From the NCBI GenBank assembly GCA_965223425.1, contig OZ245003.1, positions 1,600,001 through 1,664,000 of the forward strand: DNA of 64,000 bases. The letters run 5' to 3'. Each line of letters starts with the position of its first letter. Positions within the stretch are counted from its first letter, which is position 1. Below the pieces are notes generated by a model. It worked only from the letters and a program-made list of their open reading frames with translations. It had not been told where the DNA came from and did no database searches. Below are positions 1 to 9,586 of this stretch, piece after piece. The stretch comes from Nitrosopumilus sp. (GTDB lineage: Archaea > Thermoproteota > Nitrososphaeria > Nitrososphaerales > Nitrosopumilaceae). A program made the translations under genes and the position numbers.

Positions 1-5
1 TTTCC

Positions 6-365
6 GTGGTGCCGGGCAGAATAAGAAAGATGGTGCCAAAACAGATATCAAGGCGCGACGCAATACGCATATGCCGGAAGGTTCCGTCAGAATCACGGGC
101 AGAGGAAATAATACAAAAGATAGCAAAGTATGACGTGGCAAAGAAAAGGAGATACATCGATGCGCTGGAACATCTGGGCGGAAGTGCCGAACTCTCAGAA
201 ATCTCAAAACAGGCAAACTTGTTCAGGGCAAGGCAGAACATACAGGTAAAAATATCAAAAAGACAGGCAATGGGACTGGCAAAAATATCAAAGGAACAGG
301 AGATGGAGCCGTCAGAGATGGCACACAAGATAGTATCTGACTACCTCCTGCGAAGAGGATACTGA
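6..365 (+). CDS. Hypothetical protein, possibly 5'-truncated by the window edge; C-terminus resembles a ribbon-helix-helix DNA-binding domain
   Basis: The frame is open from the window edge. C-terminal IQVKISKRQAMGLAKISKEQEMEPSEMAHKIVSDYL fits a strand-helix-helix pattern. Confidence 0.45.
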   Translation: MVPGRIRKMVPKQISRRDAIRICRKVPSESRAEEIIQKIAKYDVAKKRRYIDALEHLGGSAELSEISKQANLFRARQNIQVKISKRQAMGLAKISKEQEMEPSEMAHKIVSDYLLRRGY

Positions 366-424
366 CTTAAAAATTTGAAACCAGCCTCTGTCCTGACCGT
401 ACCGGGCCGTCTGAAAAAATAATC

Positions 425-1291
425 ATGCCGTACAAATGCCTGTGTCCGAGGCCGCACCTTTATGAGGACCGTCACAACGGGGAGATCTGCTGCTCTGTGT
501 GCGGAACGGTACTTGACTGCGGCACTCCATGTGCCACGGTGCATGCTGAAAAAAACAACCTTGGAATGGATAACTACGGGATAGGAACAAAGCCCGTAGG
601 CGTGAGAACCGGCCGCATTATCCCGACTGAAACTATGGCAAGCAAGATTTGCCGCAAACGCACGCCAGAGGCCGGGCTGTTTAAGGCGATGATGCCAATA
701 CTTGAGAAAATTTCGGCCCCGAGGCACATGATGGACGGGTCGTTTATGTTTGGCAGAAAGGTGATCGCCAGCGGGATTGCCAAGAACCGGATGACAGTCG
801 CAGTAGCTGCCGCCTGCATACTTGCAGTCAGCAGGACTTACAGAAAGGTGATATCTGAGAAGGAGATGGCCGCAATTGCAAACATAGAGAAGAAGAATAT
901 CGGCAGGGTATACAGGATTATCCAGAAGGAGTTTGGCATTCCTGCTGCGGACCTGTCCCACAGAACGCGGGCGATAATCTCAAAGTCGTGTGCCATGCTG
1001 GGAATTTCAATGCACCTGCAACGCGAATCACTTGAGCTCTTTTCCGTGCTTAACCACCGCGAGATGACTCACGGAAGGAATCCGTACGTCGTGGCAGGTG
1101 CAGTCATATACATGGCTGCAAAAAAACACGGCAATGGGGTGACATTTAAAAAAATGTCAAGCGTGTGCGACGTGACGGCAAATGGGATTATAAACGCCTA
1201 CGAAAAGTTTGCGTGCTGTGACGTGACAAGCGGTGGGGCCGCCGGCGGCCGGAAGAAAATGAGGCCGGCAGGCACTGGTCGACATGAATAG
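425..1291 (+). CDS. tfb: Transcription initiation factor B (TFB/TFIIB) homologue
   Basis: N-terminal Zn ribbon (CLC...GEICCSVCGTVL) and two cyclin-fold repeats (VAAACILAVSR; GRNPYVVAGAVIYMAAK). Confidence 0.85.
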   Translation: MPYKCLCPRPHLYEDRHNGEICCSVCGTVLDCGTPCATVHAEKNNLGMDNYGIGTKPVGVRTGRIIPTETMASKICRKRTPEAGLFKAMMPILEKISAPRHMMDGSFMFGRKVIASGIAKNRMTVAVAAACILAVSRTYRKVISEKEMAAIANIEKKNIGRVYRIIQKEFGIPAADLSHRTRAIISKSCAMLGISMHLQRESLELFSVLNHREMTHGRNPYVVAGAVIYMAAKKHGNGVTFKKMSSVCDVTANGIINAYEKFACCDVTSGGAAGGRKKMRPAGTGRHE

Positions 1292-2060
1292 CAGGGAGGA
1301 AAGCTCGATGCTGGAATGGTATCCGAAAGTAAAAAGTTTGGACATACCCCAGCCGCAGACGGAAATGGTGGAAATTCCAAACGAGGACTTTTTGGAACTC
1401 GTTGGGAGCGGCAATTGCACTCTCAGGCAATACCAGAAGCGGTTCTCGGACATACTTGACTCACTTGCGCCGTTTCCTGTTTTTTTGCGCAGTGACTGCT
1501 CAAGCCAGAAGCACTCGTTCAAAAGAACATGCAGGCTCCCGGACAAAAAATCGCTGCTGGGCCATATCCTTGAGCTTGTGGACTTGAATTTTGCATGTGG
1601 GCTGACTGACAACGCGCTGGTGTTCCGCAAGTGGCTTGATCTGGACGCGGGCTTTGCGGCATTTGACGGGCTGCCAATAAACACGGAAGCAAGGGTATTT
1701 CTCAATCGCGGTAAAGTACAGTGCATTCATCCGTACTGGCCCGAGGAGGTAATAGAATCATGGATCTGGCATAGGAGCAAGTTGGAGGCTCAATTTGGGG
1801 GAAAACTGCCAAACGCAATAAATCCGAGATGGAGGGAAATCCTAAAGTCACAAAACGACATGGTGACAAAATCAAGGCCCATCCTTGAGAAATACTCAAG
1901 GAAGATAATAGACAGGATCGGCGACGGGTACTGGAGTGCCGACTTTGCGTTTTGTCGGGACGGGCTGTGGTATATGATAGACATGGCCAAAGGCGATGTG
2001 TCATACCACCATCCCGCATGCAGGTTTGACAGTCGCGGAACGGGGGTGTCTCATGGTTAG
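1284..2060 (+). CDS. ATP-grasp protein, R2K/CDC123-like clade
   Basis: Motifs VFLRSDCSSQKH, EARVFLNRGKVQCIHPYW and WSADFAF...WYMIDM. Start overlaps the tfb stop. Confidence 0.65.
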   Translation: MNSREESSMLEWYPKVKSLDIPQPQTEMVEIPNEDFLELVGSGNCTLRQYQKRFSDILDSLAPFPVFLRSDCSSQKHSFKRTCRLPDKKSLLGHILELVDLNFACGLTDNALVFRKWLDLDAGFAAFDGLPINTEARVFLNRGKVQCIHPYWPEEVIESWIWHRSKLEAQFGGKLPNAINPRWREILKSQNDMVTKSRPILEKYSRKIIDRIGDGYWSADFAFCRDGLWYMIDMAKGDVSYHHPACRFDSRGTGVSHG

Positions 2061-2271
2061 AATGATAGGATACACGGACGTGAAGGTCATGGAAGTGCGT
2101 GACGGCAAAACGACACTGGAAGTTACAGTTGATGAGCGCGAATATATAGTCACAGTTGATGTCACATCTGACACAATTGTCGGCGGCGGGCCGTCATTGT
2201 CCAGAACAGACAGGACTCTCCTCTCAAACGGCATCATCCGCGCAATCAAGGAAGGCAGGGAACCGCAATGA
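2053..2271 (+). CDS. Small hypothetical protein (72 aa)
   Basis: ATG at 2053 overlaps the upstream gene end and is preceded by GGGGGTG. Same frame as track ORF 1996..2271. Confidence 0.5.
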   Translation: MVRMIGYTDVKVMEVRDGKTTLEVTVDEREYIVTVDVTSDTIVGGGPSLSRTDRTLLSNGIIRAIKEGREPQ

Positions 2272-2477
2272 TGAGCGGTCTCATGGCATCGCAATCGACC
2301 AGTCCCGCATGCAGGTTTGACAGGTAGGTAGGTTGCCAGTAAACGTATACACGTGCGACTGTGGCAAAATAATTACCGGAGAGGACAACTGGCTGAGGCA
2401 CAAAAGGCACTACAACATACATCCAGATGAAAGCTGCAAGTAGACATACAGAAGAAACAATGGGGCTGTGTCATTAA

Positions 2478-2645
2478 ATGGGTTATGTAGACTATTCCGT
2501 GTATAATTTCTGCAAAAAATGCGAACTGAAATTTTTGAAAACAAAGGGTGGAATATGTCCGGAGTGTCACAGGAGGGCGCGATTAGGCCCGTGCTTGCGC
2601 AGATACATTCCAAGAAATGGCGAGGTCCAAAAGAAAAGGTACTAG
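2478..2645 (+). CDS. Small Zn-ribbon protein (55 aa, below the ORF-track cutoff)
   Basis: Read by hand: MGYVDYSVYNFCKKCELKFLKTKGGICPECHRRARLGPCLRRYIPRNGEVQKKRY, with two CxxC motifs. Confidence 0.6.
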   Translation: MGYVDYSVYNFCKKCELKFLKTKGGICPECHRRARLGPCLRRYIPRNGEVQKKRY

Positions 2646-2679
2646 ACTTGCAAGACAATATTATCGGCGTGTAAAAAAT

Positions 2680-3876
2680 ATGGACAGGATAACAAAGTAC
2701 TCCAACCAAATAATGGGGGACTTTTCCTTTCTGACACGGAGTGATTCTGGTGAAATTCTTTACTATGAAAATGGAGTATACCGTCCAGGAGGCGGGGTGG
2801 TGATAGAGGTTGAGGCGTACAAACGCGTGAAGAACTGTAACATTAGAATCTGTCAGGAGATAACAAACAGGATTCGCCGCATCACCCAGACCGGCCCGAT
2901 GGCATTCAATTCCAATCACGACCTGATTAACGTGAAAAACGGACTGTTAAACGTAAAAACCGGACAGTTTCTGCCCCATTCCCCAGAGATTCCATTCACA
3001 AATCAGATGAGTGTCATTTATGACAGGACGGCAAAGGCAGAAAAGTTTGAGCAATTCATGAAACAGATACTTCCTGAGAAGGAGCAAACCACAGTATATG
3101 AGATGTTTGCAGCCCCACTCATCCATAATCTTGACTTGGGAAAAATAATGATTTGTGTCGGGGAGGACCCCGGAGGCAAGTCCACACTCTTTGGAGTGAT
3201 GGGGGAGATATATGGGGATGACTGTATCCATGTTCCGATAAATGAAATGATGGCGTTTCATTCCCTGCTGCTGCAAAAAAAACTCAACATCTCCGATGAC
3301 ATACACATCACAAAAAAGGATCTCAAACTACTCAGAAATCTAATCACAAAAAAAGACATGGGCGACACGTGCAAAATGGCGCGTCTGTTCTTCTCATGCA
3401 ACGTAATTGACTGGAAGGGCGGTGAGGAGGACATATTTCGCAGGATAGATTTTGACGTGTCATTCACATCAGGGACAGAAAACCCCAATCTCCTAGATGA
3501 GTTAACTGAAGAGAAAAGCGGCATACTCAACATACTGCTCTCCCATGCAAGGACCCTGCAAGAGAACGGCAGACTCACGCACAGCTATGGGAAAAAATCT
3601 GACAGGCAGATGGGGAATTCATCCAAAACAGATGTGGATGACGCGGTGGTTGACTTTGCGAATGCGTACATTATTCAGTCCGACGACGGCATGGAACCCA
3701 AGGACGGGATGTATGAAAAGTTTGCAATCTTTTGCAAACAGAACAATATACATCCCATGAGCCAATGGTATTTTTCAAAAAAACTGGCAAAACTTGGATA
3801 TAAGTGGAAGAAGAAAAGATTTGACGGACTGCCACAAAATGTCTGGTTGGATGTCAAATTGAAGAGCAGTCTCTAA
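2680..3876 (+). CDS. D5/P4-family SF3 helicase paralogue, divergent
   Basis: D5-N-like region (ILYYENGVY, LINVKNGLLN), Walker A-like GEDPGGKST, Walker B-like KLNISDD. ATG 2680 preferred over 2617 because it avoids overlap with the upstream Zn-ribbon gene. Confidence 0.75.
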   Translation: MDRITKYSNQIMGDFSFLTRSDSGEILYYENGVYRPGGGVVIEVEAYKRVKNCNIRICQEITNRIRRITQTGPMAFNSNHDLINVKNGLLNVKTGQFLPHSPEIPFTNQMSVIYDRTAKAEKFEQFMKQILPEKEQTTVYEMFAAPLIHNLDLGKIMICVGEDPGGKSTLFGVMGEIYGDDCIHVPINEMMAFHSLLLQKKLNISDDIHITKKDLKLLRNLITKKDMGDTCKMARLFFSCNVIDWKGGEEDIFRRIDFDVSFTSGTENPNLLDELTEEKSGILNILLSHARTLQENGRLTHSYGKKSDRQMGNSSKTDVDDAVVDFANAYIIQSDDGMEPKDGMYEKFAIFCKQNNIHPMSQWYFSKKLAKLGYKWKKKRFDGLPQNVWLDVKLKSSL

Positions 3877-3879
3877 TAG

Positions 3880-5955
3880 ATGGAAAAACCGGAAGTGGAG
3901 TCTGTGGATTCCCTAGTAAAGTTATTTTCAAAAAAGTTTGGATGCGATCCTGTCAGACTGTCGGCATTTGTCAAAGACCAGACTGCGGAAAATCCCGGAA
4001 AAGTGGTATGTGGGATGGGTGACCACAAGATCGAAAATGAGGAAACAATCCATACTTTTGATGGCGAATCATACAATCTGCAAAGCAATTTCTGCTCGAA
4101 CTTGGAGTGCTTTCTGAGTGGACTGGAGGAGGGAACAATTGATGTGCTTGATGGGAATGATCCAAATCTGAAAAAGCCTGCAAAGAAAAAGGCAAAAAAA
4201 CGCGTCAACACCCCAGATGGGGCCGATGAGGGGGACGAGATTACCCACATTGACTATGCCAGGGAGATTATGGGGGAACATTATTTCCTGACACTGAAGG
4301 ACACTGGTGAAATACTGTACTATGAGGACGGGAGGTACCGCTTTGGCGGAGAGGTCGTAATCACGGAAGAAGCATACAAGGTCGTGCCAGTCTGCAGAAT
4401 CAGCATACTGCGCGAGATCATCCAGTTTATCAAGGCAGACACGTTTGTGGAGCGGGAAATCTTTGATGCGGATCCCGACATCATTAACGTGAAAAACGGA
4501 CTGATCAACATACGCACAAACGAATTCATGGAGCACACCCCAAACATTCCCTCAAGGCAGCAGCTTGATGTGATTTATGACAAGAGTGCAAGGGCGGAAA
4601 AGTTTGAGCAATTCATGGAACAGGTGATGCCTGATTCACAGGAAAAGGCCACAATCTGTGAGATGTTTGCCGCCCCACTGCTACCGAAACTAAACCTCGA
4701 GCTGATAATGGTGTGTGCGGGAGAGGGCTCGAACGGAAAATCGACTTTGTTGAAAATTATGGACAATCTGTATGGCGATGATGCCTGCTCACACGTGTCA
4801 ATACACGATCTGATTGACAACCGGTTCTTCCGCGCGTATCTTGACGGGAAGAAACTCAACATCTGTGCCGATATCAGCAGTGACGAGATGAGTGATTTAA
4901 AAATCATAAAGAGTCTGGTCACGCGTGAGAAAATAACCGTAGAGAAGAAGAACCTGCCTCCGTTTGACATGATAAATACGGCAAGCATGTTCTTCTCGTG
5001 TAACAGACTGCCCGACGTAAAGGAGGATACCGATGCCGTGTTCCGTCGGTTTCGAATTCTGAATTTTGAACAGCAGTTTTCCGGCGATCAGATCAATCCA
5101 TATCTGTTTGATGAGTTGTTGGAGGAAAAAAGCGGCATACTCAACATACTGCTCTCCCATGCAAGGACCCTGCAAGAGAACGGCCGCCTGACATATGGCA
5201 TCAATATCCGCCAGACGCGGAAGGAGTGGAGGGAAGGCGTTGATACTGTTCAGAACTTTTTATCGGCATGTACGGAGGATGTTCAGGGGCAGAACGTTCC
5301 AAAGAACGAGCTGTATCAGAGATATACAAAATTCTGCAGGGGGCGTGGGGATTTGCCAAAGTCAAACAACGGATTCTCCCTGAAAATAACCAGCTTTGGC
5401 TACACGTGGAGGAAGATGTGGCATGAGGGGAAGGGTCAGAACGTGTGGATAGACCTGAAACTAAAGAAGGAGGGGAATAGTAGAGACAAAAATGGTCCAG
5501 GAGATGGGGATGAGATAAGGGCCGTCCCCCATTTGGAGACTGAGAATCCTGATGTAAAATCCAAAGATGGAGACTTTGTGGATGTGAAACCAAAAGATGC
5601 CACTGACTATGAGAATGTGACTTTGGGCGGAAAACCGGAATATGTGGAGGGAGACGAGCCCGGTGTTGGTGTCTTTGTGGATATTTTTACTAATTTGGCC
5701 AAATCCGGCGATGTGGATAGAAAGGAACTGGCCGAAGAGATGGTGAAGAGTGAAAAGTGGAATGAAATGGAGGCAGAAAAGTTGATAGACAATATAATCA
5801 AATCAGGGAGAATCAAGTCAGTCTCAGAAGGAAGGGGTGGGAAATTTTTCTGTGAAACATGCAATGCAGGTCCGTTCACCTCCGGTTCCATGGCCTTTGG
5901 AGGCAAAAAAATTGAGGAATACCATAAAAACCACAAAACAAGGGAGATAGAATGA
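3880..5955 (+). CDS. Phage/plasmid D5/P4-family SF3 replicative helicase with C-terminal extension
   Basis: Walker A GEGSNGKST, Walker B KLNICAD, motif C FFSCNRLP, AVFRRF, winged-helix-like tail and a C-terminal CxxC...H..H. No primase catalytic domain recognised. Confidence 0.85.
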   Translation: MEKPEVESVDSLVKLFSKKFGCDPVRLSAFVKDQTAENPGKVVCGMGDHKIENEETIHTFDGESYNLQSNFCSNLECFLSGLEEGTIDVLDGNDPNLKKPAKKKAKKRVNTPDGADEGDEITHIDYAREIMGEHYFLTLKDTGEILYYEDGRYRFGGEVVITEEAYKVVPVCRISILREIIQFIKADTFVEREIFDADPDIINVKNGLINIRTNEFMEHTPNIPSRQQLDVIYDKSARAEKFEQFMEQVMPDSQEKATICEMFAAPLLPKLNLELIMVCAGEGSNGKSTLLKIMDNLYGDDACSHVSIHDLIDNRFFRAYLDGKKLNICADISSDEMSDLKIIKSLVTREKITVEKKNLPPFDMINTASMFFSCNRLPDVKEDTDAVFRRFRILNFEQQFSGDQINPYLFDELLEEKSGILNILLSHARTLQENGRLTYGINIRQTRKEWREGVDTVQNFLSACTEDVQGQNVPKNELYQRYTKFCRGRGDLPKSNNGFSLKITSFGYTWRKMWHEGKGQNVWIDLKLKKEGNSRDKNGPGDGDEIRAVPHLETENPDVKSKDGDFVDVKPKDATDYENVTLGGKPEYVEGDEPGVGVFVDIFTNLAKSGDVDRKELAEEMVKSEKWNEMEAEKLIDNIIKSGRIKSVSEGRGGKFFCETCNAGPFTSGSMAFGGKKIEEYHKNHKTREIE

Positions 5956-5959
5956 GTTA

Positions 5960-6578
5960 TGGAAGCGATCGGAAAAAAAATTCATTCCAGTTGTGATTTT
6001 GATATTTTGGAAAAATTGGTTTTGAAAAGTTGTAAAAAATTGAATATCATATATGAAAACGGTAAAAATAGAGTGGTAATAGTTATGATGATCGCTAACC
6101 TTCCAACTTCTTCCAGACTACCTTCATTTCCACTCTCTAGATTTTCGCCTTTTTTGGTAAAAAATGCGATCTTTTTTAGATTTTCTGATCGCAAAATTTT
6201 GTTTTTTGGTGAAAATGACGAAATTCGTTAAAATCCTAAAATTTGAACGGTTAATAATGGCAAATTCCAGTCATTTTTGGAAATTTTAGCGAATTCCGAA
6301 GTTCTATAGGCAGACATCACAAATTAGACAAAAACAAAAAATTTTGATCGCAAAAATTTCGTGCCTAGAATTTGGTGAAAATCGGCCAAAAAACCAATTC
6401 CTTCCAGTCATTCCAGTCATTCCAGTCTTATATTTAGCCCATATAATTGATAAAAATGCGATCCATTTGCCTAAAAAGTGCAGTTATACGGGCTAAATAG
6501 AAAAAGACTGGAATGGCTGGAATGTGGAACATAATTTACAGACCCAGTTCCAACTGGTGCATATCCATCTAATTGGTC
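5960..6578. promoter_or_regulatory. AT-rich origin-like region with a long inverted repeat and recurrent GCGATC/GATCGC motifs
   Basis: Markedly AT-rich. Imperfect inverted repeat 6402-6449 / 6481-6529. Six GCGATC/GATCGC hexamers. Lies between the helicase and polymerase genes. Confidence 0.55.
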
Positions 6579-7078
6579 ATGGAACGTCATTTTTGTAAAA
6601 ACGGACTCCAAATTGACAGATAACTGGAATGAATGGAACGTCATTTTTGTAAAAACGGACTCCAAATTGACAGATAACTGGAATGAATGGAACGTCATTT
6701 TTGTAAAAACGGACTCCAAATTGACAGATAACTGGAATGAATGGAACGTCATTTTTGTAAAAACGGACTCCAAATTGACAGATAACTGGAATGAATGGAA
6801 CGTCATTTTTGTAAAAACGGACTCCAAATTGACAGATAACTGGAATGAATGGAACGTCATTTTTGTAAAAACGGACTCCAAATTGACAGATAACTGGAAT
6901 GAATGGAACGTCATTTTTGTAAAAACGGACTCCAAATTGACAGATAACTGGAATGAATGGAACGTCATTTTTGTAAAAACGGACTCCAAATTGACAGATA
7001 ACTGGAATGAATGGAACGTCATTTTTGTAAAAACGGACTCCAAATTGACAGATAACTGGAATGAATGGAACGTCATTT
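6579..7078 (+). repeat. Perfect tandem repeat, 54-bp unit x9 plus a 14-bp partial copy (iteron-like)
   Basis: Unit ATGGAACGTCATTTTTGTAAAAACGGACTCCAAATTGACAGATAACTGGAATGA starts at 6579, 6633, ... 7011, with a partial copy at 7065. No spacers. Confidence 0.97.
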
Positions 7079-7147
7079 GATGGTACACAAACTCTCGTTT
7101 TTCAATTTTGATGTAACTTTGTCCAAACTTTTGGTCAAAGTATCTAT

Positions 7148-9586
7148 TTGACTGACAAGAATCTACTCTTTCTCTCCTCAATAATTCAGGATGGAAATAT
7201 GACTTTGAAATTCTATGATGAATCAGAGAGAAAAATAGTGACAGTAAATGCAGGAAAGTACGATCATTATTCTCTGGTCAGAGACGACACAGGAGACATA
7301 ACAAAGCACGACCTAATCACAGACAGGCCGGCCAGGTTTAGGATTTCAACTGACTTGTCGCAGGAAAAAACAAATGAGAAGGAGGTCAGTGACATATCCT
7401 CTTACATATATGACAATAATCTCAACCCCGGCAGGTTCTATACAATTTCCAACGGAAAGATACTTCTCAAAGAAATGGAGATATCAACAGAAATGGAGGA
7501 TGCACTGACTGAAATTATAGACCAGGGCATTGGTTTTGGAATGCCAGATAAGCACAGCTACCACAAACAGATGATAGAGACGGCAAGAATTCTATCTGAA
7601 CCAATCCCCGACATTTCCCGCCTTGCATTTGACATAGAGATCGAGCCGGCCGGAGACGGTGGAATTGATGTAAATCACGCAAGCAAAAAGATAACGGCAG
7701 TCTCCTTTTCATCCAATGACGGTCTTGCCGCATGTCTTGTGCTCGGAGATGAAAACGATACCAGAAAAATATCACTAAAATCCACCGATTTGACAGTACG
7801 GATATTCGATTCGGAATCGGCGATGCTAAAGGAGTCATTTACAATTATGAAGGGATTTCCATGCTGGCTGACTTTTTTTGGCAGACGCTTTGACCTGCCA
7901 TACATGTATAATCGCGCAAATCAGCTTGGGCTGTCCGTCCACAGGGACATGATGACTATGCGCCTAAAGGGCGGGCAGACGATGGCAGCCCCGATAAAAT
8001 CAATACATTTGGACTTGCATGACATCTTTTCCAATCCAGCACTGTACACGTATGCATTTTCTGAGAAATACGGATCATACTCACTTGATGACGTTGCAAC
8101 TGCGATGCTGGGGGAGGGCAAGACCTCGTCAGGCTCCGAGGTGGGAACGATGTCAATGATGGAACTGGCAAAGTACTGCTATCAGGACTCCAAACTCACC
8201 ATGAACCTGACAAAATATGCAAACAATGCCGTGATGAACATGATGGTGATACTGTCGAGAATCTCCGTGATGGGAATTGACGATGTCTCCCAAACCAGGG
8301 TCTCAACCTGGATCTGCTCGATGCTCTGGAACAATCACAGGAAGACAAACGCGATAATACCGCGAAGGGATGAGCTTGACTCCAAGACCACATCACACCT
8401 GAGAATGAGCGAGTCCTCAATAATTAGCGGAAAAAAGTATCGCGGCGGAATGGTTCTGGAGCCAAAGATGGGAGTCCACTGGGGGATGACTGTTCTTGAC
8501 TTTGCCTCGATGTATCCGCACCTGATGCAGATTCACAACCTCTCCTATGAGACTGTGATGTGTCCGCACGAGGAGTGCAAGTCAAACTCCATACCATCCA
8601 CCGAATATCACACGTGCACAAAAAGAAACGGCATGCTTGCAGAGATGATCGGAACGCTGCGTGAGCTGCGCGTGCACGTCTTCAAGCGATTCTCACAGAA
8701 CAGAGAGGTCCCAAAGGAGCAGAGGGAACTCTACAAGATAATTGCCGGGGCAATCAAGGTCTTCATGAACGCAAGCTACGGCGTCATGGGGTCTGACCTG
8801 TTCTCAATATATTACCTCCCAGTAGCAGAGTCAGTCACCGCATCGGGCAGAAAAATAATTGCAGATACGATGGAGCGGTGCAAAGACATGGGGGTGGAAG
8901 TGCTGTATGGCGACACTGACTCGCTGTTTGCTGCTGGAATCACAAAATCCCAACGTGAGAAGATAATATCTGAAACTGCAAAAATTCACGGCACCGAGCT
9001 TGAGGTGGACAAGGAATACAGGTTTGCAATACTTACCGAGCTGAAAAAGAACTATCTGGGAATAATGGAGGACGGATCAAGTGAAATCAAGGGACTGACA
9101 GGCAAAAAGTCACACACTCCAAAATTTATAAGAAAATCATTCCGCGACGTTGTGAAAATTCTCTCCGACGTAAAGTCCGAGGAGGAGATGGGGCCGGCAA
9201 TCAGGCAGATCATCTCGCACATACAGCGGGACATAGAGAGAATCAACACCCATGACATATCACTGGAGGATCTCACATTTAGGATGAAGATAACAAAGCC
9301 GATCTCAGAGTACACAAAGAGCCAGCCGCAGCATGTCACGGCAGCAAAGATACTTGGGGAGAAGTGCGGTGTGGAGGTGCAGCAGGGAAGCGTAATCCAG
9401 TACATCAAGACTGCAACTGCGCCGTATGTCACTCCCATGGAGCTTGCAAACATCGACTCCATCTCCACAAAAAAATACACAGAGTCACTCTCATCTGTCA
9501 TGGGGCAGATACTTCCCGCGCTTGGCACCTCGATGGAGGTGATAATTACCGGCTCCAAGCAGGACTCCATTGAGAGCTTTACATAA
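7148..9586 (+). CDS. polB: Family B DNA polymerase with 3'-5' exonuclease domain
   Basis: Exonuclease motifs FDIE, FDLPY and YCYQD; polymerase motifs DFASMYP, KVFMNASYG, YGDTDS and KKNY. Start is TTG 7148 or ATG 7199. Confidence 0.95.
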   Translation: MTDKNLLFLSSIIQDGNMTLKFYDESERKIVTVNAGKYDHYSLVRDDTGDITKHDLITDRPARFRISTDLSQEKTNEKEVSDISSYIYDNNLNPGRFYTISNGKILLKEMEISTEMEDALTEIIDQGIGFGMPDKHSYHKQMIETARILSEPIPDISRLAFDIEIEPAGDGGIDVNHASKKITAVSFSSNDGLAACLVLGDENDTRKISLKSTDLTVRIFDSESAMLKESFTIMKGFPCWLTFFGRRFDLPYMYNRANQLGLSVHRDMMTMRLKGGQTMAAPIKSIHLDLHDIFSNPALYTYAFSEKYGSYSLDDVATAMLGEGKTSSGSEVGTMSMMELAKYCYQDSKLTMNLTKYANNAVMNMMVILSRISVMGIDDVSQTRVSTWICSMLWNNHRKTNAIIPRRDELDSKTTSHLRMSESSIISGKKYRGGMVLEPKMGVHWGMTVLDFASMYPHLMQIHNLSYETVMCPHEECKSNSIPSTEYHTCTKRNGMLAEMIGTLRELRVHVFKRFSQNREVPKEQRELYKIIAGAIKVFMNASYGVMGSDLFSIYYLPVAESVTASGRKIIADTMERCKDMGVEVLYGDTDSLFAAGITKSQREKIISETAKIHGTELEVDKEYRFAILTELKKNYLGIMEDGSSEIKGLTGKKSHTPKFIRKSFRDVVKILSDVKSEEEMGPAIRQIISHIQRDIERINTHDISLEDLTFRMKITKPISEYTKSQPQHVTAAKILGEKCGVEVQQGSVIQYIKTATAPYVTPMELANIDSISTKKYTESLSSVMGQILPALGTSMEVIITGSKQDSIESFT

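Noticed and set aside
5959-6231. ORFs 5959..6231 (+) and 5982..6194 (-)
   Set aside because: They lie in the AT-rich motif-laden region, have F/K/I-biased composition unlike neighbouring genes and are likely spurious.
6579-7078. CRISPR array
   Set aside because: The units are identical head-to-tail with no unique spacers, and no cas genes are present.
6471-7181. Repeat ORFs 6613..7080 (+) and 6471..7181 (-) as proteins
   Set aside because: Open frames follow automatically from a stop-free 54-bp unit. There is no synonymous variation or unique domain, and the minus ORF overlaps the polB start. Translation cannot be fully excluded.
7148-9586. Casposon or pipolin (PolB-carrying self-synthesising element)
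   Set aside because: The PolB looks like an RNA-primed cellular type, and no Cas1-like or other integrase is adjacent.
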